From positions 4,012-68,011 of the forward strand of contig CAZHCK010000001.1 of NCBI GenBank assembly GCA_964530915.1: DNA of 64,000 nt, given 5' to 3'. This DNA is from an uncultured Cloacibacterium sp. Lineage in GTDB: Bacteria > Bacteroidota > Bacteroidia > Flavobacteriales > Weeksellaceae. Numbering within the stretch: the stretch's first letter is position 1; each line of letters opens with the position of its first letter. Below the pieces are notes generated by a model. That model had not been told where the DNA came from and made no database searches. It worked only from the letters and a program-made list of their open reading frames with translations. The translations under genes were made by a program, and so were the position numbers. Below are positions 49,236-58,479 of the stretch, in pieces.

Positions 49236-50423
49236 ATGAGATACACCACATTAGGAAAAATTCCGCAAAAAAGGCATACCATTTTTAAATCCGAGGAAGG
49301 GAATTTCTATTACGAACAGCTTTTTGGGACTGAAGGTTTTCACGGAATCTCTTCGTTACTGTATCATATTCACAGACCTACACAGATTAAATCTATTGGG
49401 ACACCAAAAGATGTTACTCCAAAAATTGCAGTAGACCGAAACATCACGCCCAGAATGTTTAAAGGTGTACAAGTAACTCCCGAAAATGATTATTTAGAAA
49501 GTAGAAAAGTTTTGTTGTTAAACAACGATTTAAAAATGGGCTTAGCAAAGCCAAAAAAATCTACTGATTATTTTTACAAAAATGCAGAGTGTGATGAACT
49601 GCTTTTCGTACACGAAGGAAAAGGCACACTGAAAACCTTTGTAGGTAATTTAGACTTCGAAAAAGGAGATTACCTCATCATACCAAGAGGAACGATTTAT
49701 CAAGTAGAGTTAGAAACTACAGAAAATGTTTTTTTCTTTTTAGAAGCACATTCACCGATTTATACGCCAAAAAGATACAGAAATGAGTTCGGGCAATTGC
49801 TGGAACATTCGCCTTTTTGCGAACGAGATATTATCGCTCCCACTTTTGTAGAACCCAAAGACGAAAAAGGAGAATTTCTCATTAAAGTAAAAAAAGAAAA
49901 CTTGATTTGGGATTTTATTTACGCTACGCATCCTTTTGATGTGGTAGGTTGGGACGGTTATTTCTACCCTTATAAATTTAATATCAAAAATTTTGAACCA
50001 ATTACTGGAAGAGTGCATTTACCACCACCGATTCATCAGAATTTTGAAGCGCATAATTTTGTGATTTGTTCTTTTGTGGCGAGAATGTACGATTATCATC
50101 CTCAAGCCATTCCTGCACCATATAATCATTCTAATATAGATTCAGACGAGGTTCTTTTTTACACTGAAGGAGATTTTATGAGCAGAAATCACATTGACTT
50201 AATGGACTTTACCCTTCATCCTGGCGGAATTGTTCACGGACCTCATCCTGGTGCGATGGAAAGAAGCATTGGCAAAAAATTCACCGAAGAATACGCGGTA
50301 ATGGTAGATCCTTTCAGGCCACTTAAAATCACAGAAGAAGCGATGAAAGTGGAAGATAAATCCTACGCTACCAGTTGGTTAGATACCGAAGAAAATTATT
50401 TACACGACAGAAGTCAAGAGTAA
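49236..50423 (+). CDS. hmgA: Homogentisate 1,2-dioxygenase
   Basis: NAECDELLF, GDY.IIPRG, HPFDVVGWDG, VHLPPPIHQ, PYNHSNIDSDE, HPGG..HGPHPG. Confidence 0.92.
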   Translation: MRYTTLGKIPQKRHTIFKSEEGNFYYEQLFGTEGFHGISSLLYHIHRPTQIKSIGTPKDVTPKIAVDRNITPRMFKGVQVTPENDYLESRKVLLLNNDLKMGLAKPKKSTDYFYKNAECDELLFVHEGKGTLKTFVGNLDFEKGDYLIIPRGTIYQVELETTENVFFFLEAHSPIYTPKRYRNEFGQLLEHSPFCERDIIAPTFVEPKDEKGEFLIKVKKENLIWDFIYATHPFDVVGWDGYFYPYKFNIKNFEPITGRVHLPPPIHQNFEAHNFVICSFVARMYDYHPQAIPAPYNHSNIDSDEVLFYTEGDFMSRNHIDLMDFTLHPGGIVHGPHPGAMERSIGKKFTEEYAVMVDPFRPLKITEEAMKVEDKSYATSWLDTEENYLHDRSQE

Positions 50424-50618
50424 AAACCCGAATAAATATTTAAAAATTTTATGGGTTAAAAATTCCTATTTTTATGCACTTTAGCACAAAAACAGGTAAA
50501 TATTATCAAAAAATCAGAAGTTTATTTGATAAATCTCATCTTTTACATTCTTCATAAAAATGTAACTTTGGGAAACAGAGAAAATTGAAAAGTTTAGAAA
50601 CATAAAAACGATTATATT

Positions 50619-51902
50619 ATGTATAATTACGTCACGGCAGAAGAAGCCTTATCACTTGTCCAGAGCAACCAAAGAATATTTTTTCACGGGAGTGCTTGTA
50701 CTCCTAATTATTTGATTTCGGAATTAGCAAAGCAAGCCCACAGATTAAGAGATGTAGAGGTGGTTTCCATCACCGTTCAAGGTGAAGTAGAAATCGCAAA
50801 ACCAGAATATAGAGACAGTTTTTACATCAACTCTCTTTTTGTTTCGGCACCGGTAAGAGAAGCGGTAAACAGTGACAGAGGAGATTTTGTTCCCGTTTTT
50901 TTGAGTGAAATTCCTATTTTATTTAAAAACAATATTCTTCCATTAGATGTAGCTATTATTCAGGTTTCACCACCAGATCAGCATGGTTATTGTTCCCTAG
51001 GAACTTCTGTAGATGTAGCGAGAAGTGCCGTAGATTCTGCAAAATATGTGATTGCACAGGTAAATCCTAAAATGCCAAGAACGCTAGGAGATTCTATGCT
51101 TCATGTAAAAAGAATTGATAAAATGGTGTGGCATGAAACCGATTTATTAACGGTAGATTATGCTGCGAAAGTTTCTGATGATGAAAGAACCATCGGAAAA
51201 TACATTGCCGAAATGGTAGAAGATAAATCTACGCTTCAAATGGGAATTGGTACGATTCCAGATGCGGTTCTAAGTTCACTACACAATCACAAGGATTTAG
51301 GTGTACATACCGAGATGATTAGTGACGGAATCATAGATTTAGTTGCGAATGACGTAGTAAATAATAAATACAAAGGAACACACCTCAATAAAACCATTAC
51401 TGCGTTTTGTTTTGGGACAAAAAAATTATACGATTTCATAGACAATAATCCTTCTTTTCAGTTTATGGATGTTACCCATGTAAACAATCCATCCATCATT
51501 AGAAGAAATAAAAAATTAGTAGCCATCAATTCTGCTATAGAAGTTGATTTAACTGGTCAAGTTTGTGCAGATTCTATCGGAACGTATCAATATTCAGGAA
51601 TTGGCGGACAAATGGATTTTATTCGTGGAGCAGCACTTTCTGAAGGTGGAAAACCTATTATTGCCCTTACTTCTAGAACCAAAAAAGGAGTTCCTAGAAT
51701 TGTACCTTACTTAAAAGAAGGAGCTGGTGTAGTAACGACCAGAGGTCATATTCACTATGTGGTAACAGAATATGGAGTTGCTTATCTCTATGGAAAAAAC
51801 ATGAGACAGCGCGCAAAACTTCTCATAGACATTGCCCATCCTGATGACAGAGAAATGCTAGACAAATTCTGCTTCGAACGATTTAAATCACACGCATTGT
51901 AA
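50619..51902 (+). CDS. Acetyl-CoA hydrolase/transferase family (4-hydroxybutyrate CoA-transferase-like)
   Basis: TLQMGIG, HTEM, DLTGQVCADS, SGIGGQMDF.RGA.LS.GG, VTEYG. Confidence 0.9.
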   Translation: MYNYVTAEEALSLVQSNQRIFFHGSACTPNYLISELAKQAHRLRDVEVVSITVQGEVEIAKPEYRDSFYINSLFVSAPVREAVNSDRGDFVPVFLSEIPILFKNNILPLDVAIIQVSPPDQHGYCSLGTSVDVARSAVDSAKYVIAQVNPKMPRTLGDSMLHVKRIDKMVWHETDLLTVDYAAKVSDDERTIGKYIAEMVEDKSTLQMGIGTIPDAVLSSLHNHKDLGVHTEMISDGIIDLVANDVVNNKYKGTHLNKTITAFCFGTKKLYDFIDNNPSFQFMDVTHVNNPSIIRRNKKLVAINSAIEVDLTGQVCADSIGTYQYSGIGGQMDFIRGAALSEGGKPIIALTSRTKKGVPRIVPYLKEGAGVVTTRGHIHYVVTEYGVAYLYGKNMRQRAKLLIDIAHPDDREMLDKFCFERFKSHAL

Positions 51903-51980
51903 ACTTTTAGAACCTATCTTTTTGATAGGTTTTTTTATGAGTCATAAAAATTTTATAAATTTAAATACTCAAAAAACACC

Positions 51981-52565
51981 ATGAAAAACGCCATTGATTC
52001 TTTACTAAAATTTATTAATTCTTCGGTTACACTCACTTTGGAAGAAGAAAGTTTAATCTCTAAATATTTTGAAATTAAAGAATATCAAAAAAATGAAATT
52101 ATTTTAAATGCTGGAGAAATCTGCAATTATCTTTATTTTATTGACAAAGGATTGCTCAGAACTTTTCATGTAAATGCCAATGGAAGCGAATTTACTCGAC
52201 TGATTGTTTCCGAAAATAAATTCTGTACTATTCTGCTCAGTTTTCAAGAAAGAATTGCTTCACCAGCAACAATTCAAGCATTAGAAAACACTATCGTTTT
52301 TGCTATTTCTAAAGAAAATTTTGAAAAAATAACTTCTATTTCTGCCAATGCACAATCTTTATATGTAAAAATTTTAGAAGAATTTCAGAATTTTCAAATC
52401 AAAAGAATAGAATTCCTTACCTCTTTTACACCAAAAGAAAAAACTGAAATCTTTTTAAAAGAAAATTCAGAATTAGAAACTAGATTAACAGACAAGGTAA
52501 TTGCTTCTTATTTGCAGATTACTCCAGAAACATATTGCAGATGTAAGAAAAATTTGGAATCTTGA
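51981..52565 (+). CDS. Crp/Fnr family cyclic-nucleotide-binding regulator
   Basis: KNEIIL.AGEICNYLYFI.KGLLR, IQALE, IASYLQITPETYCR. Confidence 0.85.
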   Translation: MKNAIDSLLKFINSSVTLTLEEESLISKYFEIKEYQKNEIILNAGEICNYLYFIDKGLLRTFHVNANGSEFTRLIVSENKFCTILLSFQERIASPATIQALENTIVFAISKENFEKITSISANAQSLYVKILEEFQNFQIKRIEFLTSFTPKEKTEIFLKENSELETRLTDKVIASYLQITPETYCRCKKNLES

Positions 52566-52621
52566 TTTGAATCATTTTTTCTGAGTTTATAACAGCATAA
52601 CTTTGATGAAAATTTAATGCT

Positions 52622-53026
52622 ATGAAAAACTTATTTCTTTTAATTTTTTTGGTTTGTTCCATAAAATTTTATTCTCAACAAAAAGAAAATGAAAAGATAG
52701 TTTCTGATATTTATTTTAACAAGTACAAAAAGCAAAAAAGGAATGCAACCATACTTTCTGTAACGGGAGGTGTTTTACTTTTTACAGGTTTCATCATTTC
52801 AAAACAAGAATCAGAAGCTGCAAATCTGGTATTTTCTAAAAACGAAGTTACTGGTTACTCCATTGCTTCTTTAGGTATTATTTCTATTATTGGCTCCATT
52901 CCTCTATATATTTCTGCCGAAAAAAATTATAAAAAATCAGTTTCTATTTCACCTAGTGTTCAAACTTATCATTTCTACAACACAAAAAACACAAGTTTAG
53001 GATTAAACATTACCTACAGCTTCTAA
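52622..53026 (+). CDS. Hypothetical secreted/membrane protein
   Basis: Signal peptide, two hydrophobic segments, terminal GLNITYSF; TAACTTTG promoter upstream. Confidence 0.7.
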   Translation: MKNLFLLIFLVCSIKFYSQQKENEKIVSDIYFNKYKKQKRNATILSVTGGVLLFTGFIISKQESEAANLVFSKNEVTGYSIASLGIISIIGSIPLYISAEKNYKKSVSISPSVQTYHFYNTKNTSLGLNITYSF

Positions 53027-53114
53027 TTTATTATCGAATGTTGACAATTTTTTTGTGCGCATCACACAATATTTGTAATTTGGCACATAACAAACTCCAA
53101 ATAAAAAGAGAAAA

Positions 53115-54245
53115 ATGAGCACACTTACTTTTGCCGAAAAAATAGCGCAGGCAGAGAATTTTCTTCCTATAAATGGAACAGATTATATAGAATTTTATGT
53201 AGGAAACGCTAAACAAGCAGCCCATTATTACAAAACTGCTTTCGGTTTTCAGAGCGTAGCTTATGCAGGACCAGAAACTGGCGTAAGAGACAGAGCCTCT
53301 TATGTAGTTCAGCAAGGGAAAATAAGATTGGTTCTTACCTCTGGTTTATCTTCAGATTCACCAATTTGTGAGCACCAAAGAAAACATGGTGATGGTGTGA
53401 AAATTCTTGCACTTTGGGTTAATGATGCGTATAAAGCGTTTGAAGAAACCACAAATCGTGGTGCAAAACCTTACACGGAGCCAAAAACGCTAAAAGATGA
53501 ATTCGGTGAGGTAAAAATGTCTGGAATTTATACCTACGGCGAAACCGTTCACATGTTCATCGAAAGAAAAAATTACGACGGGCCGTTCATGCCAGGATAC
53601 GAAAAATGGGAATCAGATTATAATCCTTCAGACTGTGGATTGCTTTATGTAGACCATTGCGTGGGAAATGTAGGTTGGGACAGAATGATTCCTGTAGTAA
53701 AATGGTATGAAGAAGTAATGGGATTTGTGAATATTTTAAGTTTTGACGATAAGCAAATTAACACCGAATATTCTGCACTCATGTCAAAAGTAATGAGCAA
53801 CGGAAACGGATTTGCTAAATTCCCTATTAATGAACCAGCAGAAGGAAAGAAAAAATCTCAGGTAGAAGAATATCTAGATTTCTACGAAGGAGAAGGGGTT
53901 CAGCACATTGCAGTAGCGACCAAAGACATTATAAAAACAGTAACAGAATTGAAATCGAGAGGAGTAGAATTTCTTTCGGCACCACCAGAAGCCTACTACG
54001 AAATGGTTCCTGAAAGAGTAGGAACAATAGACGAAGACATTAAAAAACTTCAAGACTTAGGAATTCTAATCGACTGTGACGAAGAAGGTTATCTTTTACA
54101 AATTTTCACAAAACCTGTAGAAGACCGCCCTACTCTTTTCTACGAAATTATAGAAAGACATGGTGCGCAAAGCTTCGGAGCTGGTAATTTCAAAGCATTA
54201 TTTGAAGCCTTAGAAAGAGAACAAGCCAGAAGAGGCAATCTATAA
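53115..54245 (+). CDS. hppD: 4-hydroxyphenylpyruvate dioxygenase
   Basis: VGNAKQAAH, HGDGV, DHCVGN, FPINEP, GEGVQHIA, LLQIFT, FGAGNFKALF. Confidence 0.96.
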   Translation: MSTLTFAEKIAQAENFLPINGTDYIEFYVGNAKQAAHYYKTAFGFQSVAYAGPETGVRDRASYVVQQGKIRLVLTSGLSSDSPICEHQRKHGDGVKILALWVNDAYKAFEETTNRGAKPYTEPKTLKDEFGEVKMSGIYTYGETVHMFIERKNYDGPFMPGYEKWESDYNPSDCGLLYVDHCVGNVGWDRMIPVVKWYEEVMGFVNILSFDDKQINTEYSALMSKVMSNGNGFAKFPINEPAEGKKKSQVEEYLDFYEGEGVQHIAVATKDIIKTVTELKSRGVEFLSAPPEAYYEMVPERVGTIDEDIKKLQDLGILIDCDEEGYLLQIFTKPVEDRPTLFYEIIERHGAQSFGAGNFKALFEALEREQARRGNL

Positions 54246-54248
54246 ATT

Positions 54249-54719
54249 ATGAAAAAAATAATTTTATTTTTCACCATCTTTTCATTCGCTTTTTCATTCG
54301 CTCAAAAAACGAATACTAGAGATTACGAAGACATTAATGCTCGACTTGACCGCCTTTTACGTGAAAGAGAGGTAGAAAAAAGAGTATTGAATGTAAATTT
54401 AGAAGGAAAAACCTTTGCCCTGATTCAGAATAAAGGAACTTTGGTATACAAATACGTTGTAAGTTTTTTAGCAGATAAAAACATCAACATTGTAGAGCTC
54501 ATCAACGATACTTCTGCTCAGAGCAAAACAACCAAACTGTATTCTGGTGATTTCATTAGAAATAACAATTACATTTCTGTAAGAGCAGACGTTTTAGAAG
54601 GTCAAAAAATTGGCATTCCGCTTACGTACAACTTCATGATTCAAGAAAGAGACGGTATCCTTTTCTTAATCAACATGAATAATAATGAAAAGTGGATTGA
54701 CACAACACTGGTAAAATAA
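54249..54719 (+). CDS. Hypothetical secreted protein
   Basis: Signal peptide MKKIILFF...SFAQ. Confidence 0.7.
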   Translation: MKKIILFFTIFSFAFSFAQKTNTRDYEDINARLDRLLREREVEKRVLNVNLEGKTFALIQNKGTLVYKYVVSFLADKNINIVELINDTSAQSKTTKLYSGDFIRNNNYISVRADVLEGQKIGIPLTYNFMIQERDGILFLINMNNNEKWIDTTLVK

Positions 54720-54791
54720 AAAATAATGAAATATTGCCCGAAATTCTTTTGTTTTCGGGCTTTTTTATATCTTTAAAACAAATTTTAAGAC

Positions 54792-56039
54792 ATGAAATCT
54801 TTTATAAATTATCCTCAAAATTCAGATTTTTCTATTCATAATATTCCTTTTGGTGTAGCGGTTTTTAACCGAGAATACATCGCTTGTTGTACCAGAATTG
54901 GCGATTTGGTGATAGACCTCGCTACTTTATACGATTACGGATTTTTTGACGAAATAGAAGGGCTAAATGAAAACGTTTTCGAAGCATATACACTCAATGA
55001 ATTTATAGAACTCGGAAAACCAGTAACCAATGCTGTTCGTTTAAAAATTCAAGAACTTTTATTAGAAGGTTCATCGCTTTCTCATGACGAAAAAACCATA
55101 GAAGAATGTTTCTATGATTTAGATAAAGTAGAAATGATGATGCCGCTTCACGTACAGAATTACACTGATTTTTACAGCAGCATAGAACACGCTACCAATG
55201 TAGGAAAAATGTTTCGTGATCCTGCAAATGCATTGCTCCCGAACTGGAAACATTTACCAGTAGGTTATCACGGTCGCGCTTCGTCAATCGTGGTTTCGGG
55301 AATTAATTTTCATAGACCAAAAGGTCAAATGAAACCTGCAGATGCAGAAAAACCAATTTTCGGAACTTCAAAACAATTGGATTTTGAACTAGAAATGGCT
55401 TTTGTATTGAATAAAAATACAGAAATTGGCGAAAGCATCTCTACTCAAGAAGCTGAAGACGCGATTTTCGGAATGGTCATTTTCAATGATTGGAGTGCTA
55501 GAGACATTCAGAGTTGGGAATATGTTCCTCTTGGCCCGTTTTTAGGAAAAAATTTCTGTTCGTCTATTTCACCTTGGGTGGTGACTTTAGAAGCTTTAGA
55601 ACCTTTTAGAACTGCATCACCAAAACAAGAACCTGAAGTGTTAGATTATCTGAAATTTGAAGGAGATAAAAATTTCGACATTCGCCTAGAAGTGTATTTA
55701 CAACCAGAAAACGGCGAAGAAAACCTGATTTGCCAAAGCAATTACAAATACATGTACTGGAATATGGCGCAACAATTGGCACATCACACCATCAATGGTT
55801 GTAATGTGGAAGTTGGCGATTTATATGCTTCTGGAACTATTTCTGGAAGTGAACCGAATAGTTTTGGTTCGATGCTAGAGCTCACTTGGCGCGGACAAAA
55901 TCCGCTGAAACTTTCAAACGGAACCGAAAGAAAATTTATAGAAGACCACGATACTATAATTATGAGAGGTTTCTCTGAAAAAAACGGAATAAGAGTAGGT
56001 TTCGGAGAAGTGAGAGGAAAAGTTTTACCAGCAAAGTAA
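54792..56039 (+). CDS. fahA: Fumarylacetoacetase
   Basis: FSIHNIPFG, YTDFYSS..HA.NVG, PVGYHGRASS, LDFELE, NDWSARDIQ.WEY.PLGPF, SGTISG. Confidence 0.95.
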   Translation: MKSFINYPQNSDFSIHNIPFGVAVFNREYIACCTRIGDLVIDLATLYDYGFFDEIEGLNENVFEAYTLNEFIELGKPVTNAVRLKIQELLLEGSSLSHDEKTIEECFYDLDKVEMMMPLHVQNYTDFYSSIEHATNVGKMFRDPANALLPNWKHLPVGYHGRASSIVVSGINFHRPKGQMKPADAEKPIFGTSKQLDFELEMAFVLNKNTEIGESISTQEAEDAIFGMVIFNDWSARDIQSWEYVPLGPFLGKNFCSSISPWVVTLEALEPFRTASPKQEPEVLDYLKFEGDKNFDIRLEVYLQPENGEENLICQSNYKYMYWNMAQQLAHHTINGCNVEVGDLYASGTISGSEPNSFGSMLELTWRGQNPLKLSNGTERKFIEDHDTIIMRGFSEKNGIRVGFGEVRGKVLPAK

Positions 56040-56077
56040 GTTATGAAAGTGATATAGTTATAAAAGTTAAAAAGTAT
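56038..56077 (+). repeat. 9-bp tandem array, 5' arm flanking the four-helix-bundle gene
   Basis: aagttatga aagtgatat agttataaa agttaaaaa; complementary to 56460-56500. Confidence 0.75.
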
Positions 56078-56094
56078 AGATTTTAGAATAATAT

Positions 56095-56457
56095 ATGTCG
56101 AAAATAAATTCACATAAAGACTTAAAAGTTTGGCAAGAATCCATGGATTTTGTGTTAGAAATCTATAAACTTTTAGAACAATTTCCAGATGAAGAAAAAT
56201 TTATACTTACTAATCAAATAAAAAGAGCGGCCATTTCTATTCCTTCAAATATTGCAGAAGGAGCTGGTAGAGAATCAAATCAAGAATTCTTTAGATTTCT
56301 TAGTATTTCTCAAGGCTCACTTTCAGAGCTCGAAACTCAATTAGAAATTGCTGAAAAATTAAAATATATCACTTTAAATGATGAAATAAAAAAACAAATA
56401 ATTTTCATTAGAATAATGCTGACTAATCTTAAAAAATCATTAATCAATAAAAAGTAA
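56095..56457 (+). CDS. Four helix bundle protein (23S rRNA intervening sequence protein family)
   Basis: SHKDLKVWQES, FPDEEKF.LTNQI.RAA.SIPSNIAEG.GR, F.RFL.I..GSLSELETQL. Confidence 0.92.
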   Translation: MSKINSHKDLKVWQESMDFVLEIYKLLEQFPDEEKFILTNQIKRAAISIPSNIAEGAGRESNQEFFRFLSISQGSLSELETQLEIAEKLKYITLNDEIKKQIIFIRIMLTNLKKSLINKK

Positions 56458-56459
56458 AA

Positions 56460-56500
56460 ACTTTCATAACTTTTATAACATTTATAACTTTCATCGCTTT
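56460..56500 (-). repeat. 9-bp tandem array, 3' arm flanking the four-helix-bundle gene
   Basis: actttcata acttttata acatttata actttcatc. Confidence 0.75.
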
Positions 56501-56508
56501 AATATAAA

Positions 56509-57330
56509 ATGAAAACAATCAATCCATCAGAACTGTCGCCTATGCAAGTGCAAATGATTTTGCAAACGGCTGTTTCTCCGCGACCTATTGCATTGGCTTC
56601 TACTATAGACAAAAACGGAAATGTGAATCTTTCGCCGTTTAGTTTTTTTAATTTATTCAGTTCTAATCCACCGATTTTAATTTTCTCTCCAGCGAGAAGA
56701 GTTCGAGATAATTCTACAAAAGACACGCTTCATAATGTGCTAGAAGTTCCAGAAGTGGTGATTGGAAATGTGAATTTTGATATGGTTCAGCAAGTTTCTC
56801 TTTCATCTACAGAATATGAAACGGGTGTAGATGAATTTATTAAATCTGGATTAACTAAAAAACCAGCAGAATTGGTAAAACCGCCACTCATTGCAGAATC
56901 ACCTGTGAATTTTGAATGTAAAGTCATCGAAGTAAAACCTCTCGGAAACGAAGGTGGTGCTGGAAATTTAGTCATCTGTGAAGTTTTAAAAATTCATATT
57001 AGAGAAGAGTTTTTAAATGACGAAGGAAAATTAGATCAGAAAAAACTTGATTTGGTTTCTAGATTGGGCGGAAACTGGTACGGAAGAACAAGTGCAGAAA
57101 CACTATTCGAAGTTCCAAAACCATTGGTAACCAAAGGAATTGGATTTGATCAATTGCCTTCAGAAATAAGACATTCTAGCGTTTTTACAGGAAATGATTT
57201 AGGAATGTTGGCGAATATAGAACAACTACCTCAAGGAAATTTCACAGCAGATGAAAAGGTACATTTAGAAGCTCAAAAACTTCTTTTAGAGAGTAAAATA
57301 GAGGAAGCTTGGAAGATTTTGAATATTTAA
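56509..57330 (+). CDS. Flavin reductase-like (DIM6/NTAB) family protein
   Basis: VSPRPIA, NLSPFSFFN, KDTLHNV, IAESPVNFECK, RLGG.WY. Confidence 0.88.
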   Translation: MKTINPSELSPMQVQMILQTAVSPRPIALASTIDKNGNVNLSPFSFFNLFSSNPPILIFSPARRVRDNSTKDTLHNVLEVPEVVIGNVNFDMVQQVSLSSTEYETGVDEFIKSGLTKKPAELVKPPLIAESPVNFECKVIEVKPLGNEGGAGNLVICEVLKIHIREEFLNDEGKLDQKKLDLVSRLGGNWYGRTSAETLFEVPKPLVTKGIGFDQLPSEIRHSSVFTGNDLGMLANIEQLPQGNFTADEKVHLEAQKLLLESKIEEAWKILNI

Positions 57331-57332
57331 TA

Positions 57333-57528
57333 TTCTTTTCCTTGATGAAAAGAATCAAAAATCAAGACTTCACTTTCTTCGGCTAAAAAAGAATTTAAAA
57401 TTCTAAAATCCCTGAAACTCTCTCGTCATTCTGACGAGTTCAAACAACAGGAATTTTTAAACGAATTTTGAATTCTTTTTTTTAACGCCTCCGAAACTGA
57501 GGTCATTTAAAAAAATCTTCGATTTTTA
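57333..57528. repeat. About 195-bp structured intergenic repeat, copy 2
   Basis: Homologous to 34167-34360, same orientation. Confidence 0.85.
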
Positions 57529-57589
57529 AAATAAAGTATTTCCTTTGTCATTCTGTAAGAATCTAACCCTTGGAAGTTTAAGACTCTAT

Positions 57590-58423
57590 TTACTTTTTCA
57601 AAAATTTGATACAATCATTCACCACAGCATTCAGCAAAGTGGACAATTTAAAATCTAACCACGGTTCTTTGGCTCCAAAAGTATGATTGCCTTTCTCAAC
57701 CAGAATTAATTCTGAATTTTCTGCCCAAGAATGTAAATTTTCGGCAGCAGAAAACGGAACTGCTTCATCTTCTGAGCCGTGAATAATTAAGAAATTTCCT
57801 TTAAAATTTTTAACAGCGTTTTCTACAGAAAATCTATCTTCGTTTGCAAAATAATCTTCTAAAAACTGAATATCATGAGGCATTTGTTGCTTAGTTCGGC
57901 TGTTGTAATTGTAATAAACACCTTGATTTTTCCATTCTTCTAATTTTTCGCCAACAGGAAATCTATTCAATGTGTCTACACTTGCTAATGTGATGAGGTT
58001 TTTGATTTTAGAATTTTCAGAAGCAGCAATGATAGAAATTCCGCCTCCTCTAGAATGTCCGATTAAGGTAACATTTTCTGCATCTACTCGATTATCTTTA
58101 CTAAAATATTCTATTACATAACCTAAATCGCTCAATTCCTTAGAATAATTATTCTGTGCGAAACTTTCTAAATCTGCAAAATCACTTGGATTCTCAAGAG
58201 AAGTTCCGTTGTGCGAGAAATTAAATTTCACGAAATAAAATCCGTTTTTAGCAAACTTTTCCGCCATCAGATTCCAAGCGCCCCAATCTTTATAACCTTT
58301 GTAACCGTGAGCAAAAATCATGAGTGGTAATCTCCCTTCTTTTTCTGGAACAAAAGCATCAACCAAAAAAGATTTGGTTGCAGGATTTTCTAAAACGATA
58401 TTTTTTTCTACAGTAAATTTCAT
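57590..58423 (-). CDS. Alpha/beta hydrolase
   Basis: HGYKGYKDWG, GHSRGG, IHGSEDEAV, GNHTF. Confidence 0.88.
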   Translation of the reverse strand: MKFTVEKNIVLENPATKSFLVDAFVPEKEGRLPLMIFAHGYKGYKDWGAWNLMAEKFAKNGFYFVKFNFSHNGTSLENPSDFADLESFAQNNYSKELSDLGYVIEYFSKDNRVDAENVTLIGHSRGGGISIIAASENSKIKNLITLASVDTLNRFPVGEKLEEWKNQGVYYNYNSRTKQQMPHDIQFLEDYFANEDRFSVENAVKNFKGNFLIIHGSEDEAVPFSAAENLHSWAENSELILVEKGNHTFGAKEPWLDFKLSTLLNAVVNDCIKFLKK

Positions 58424-58479
58424 TGGATAAAATTAATAAAAAACCACCGAAAATTCGGTGGTTAGATGATTTCTATTGA

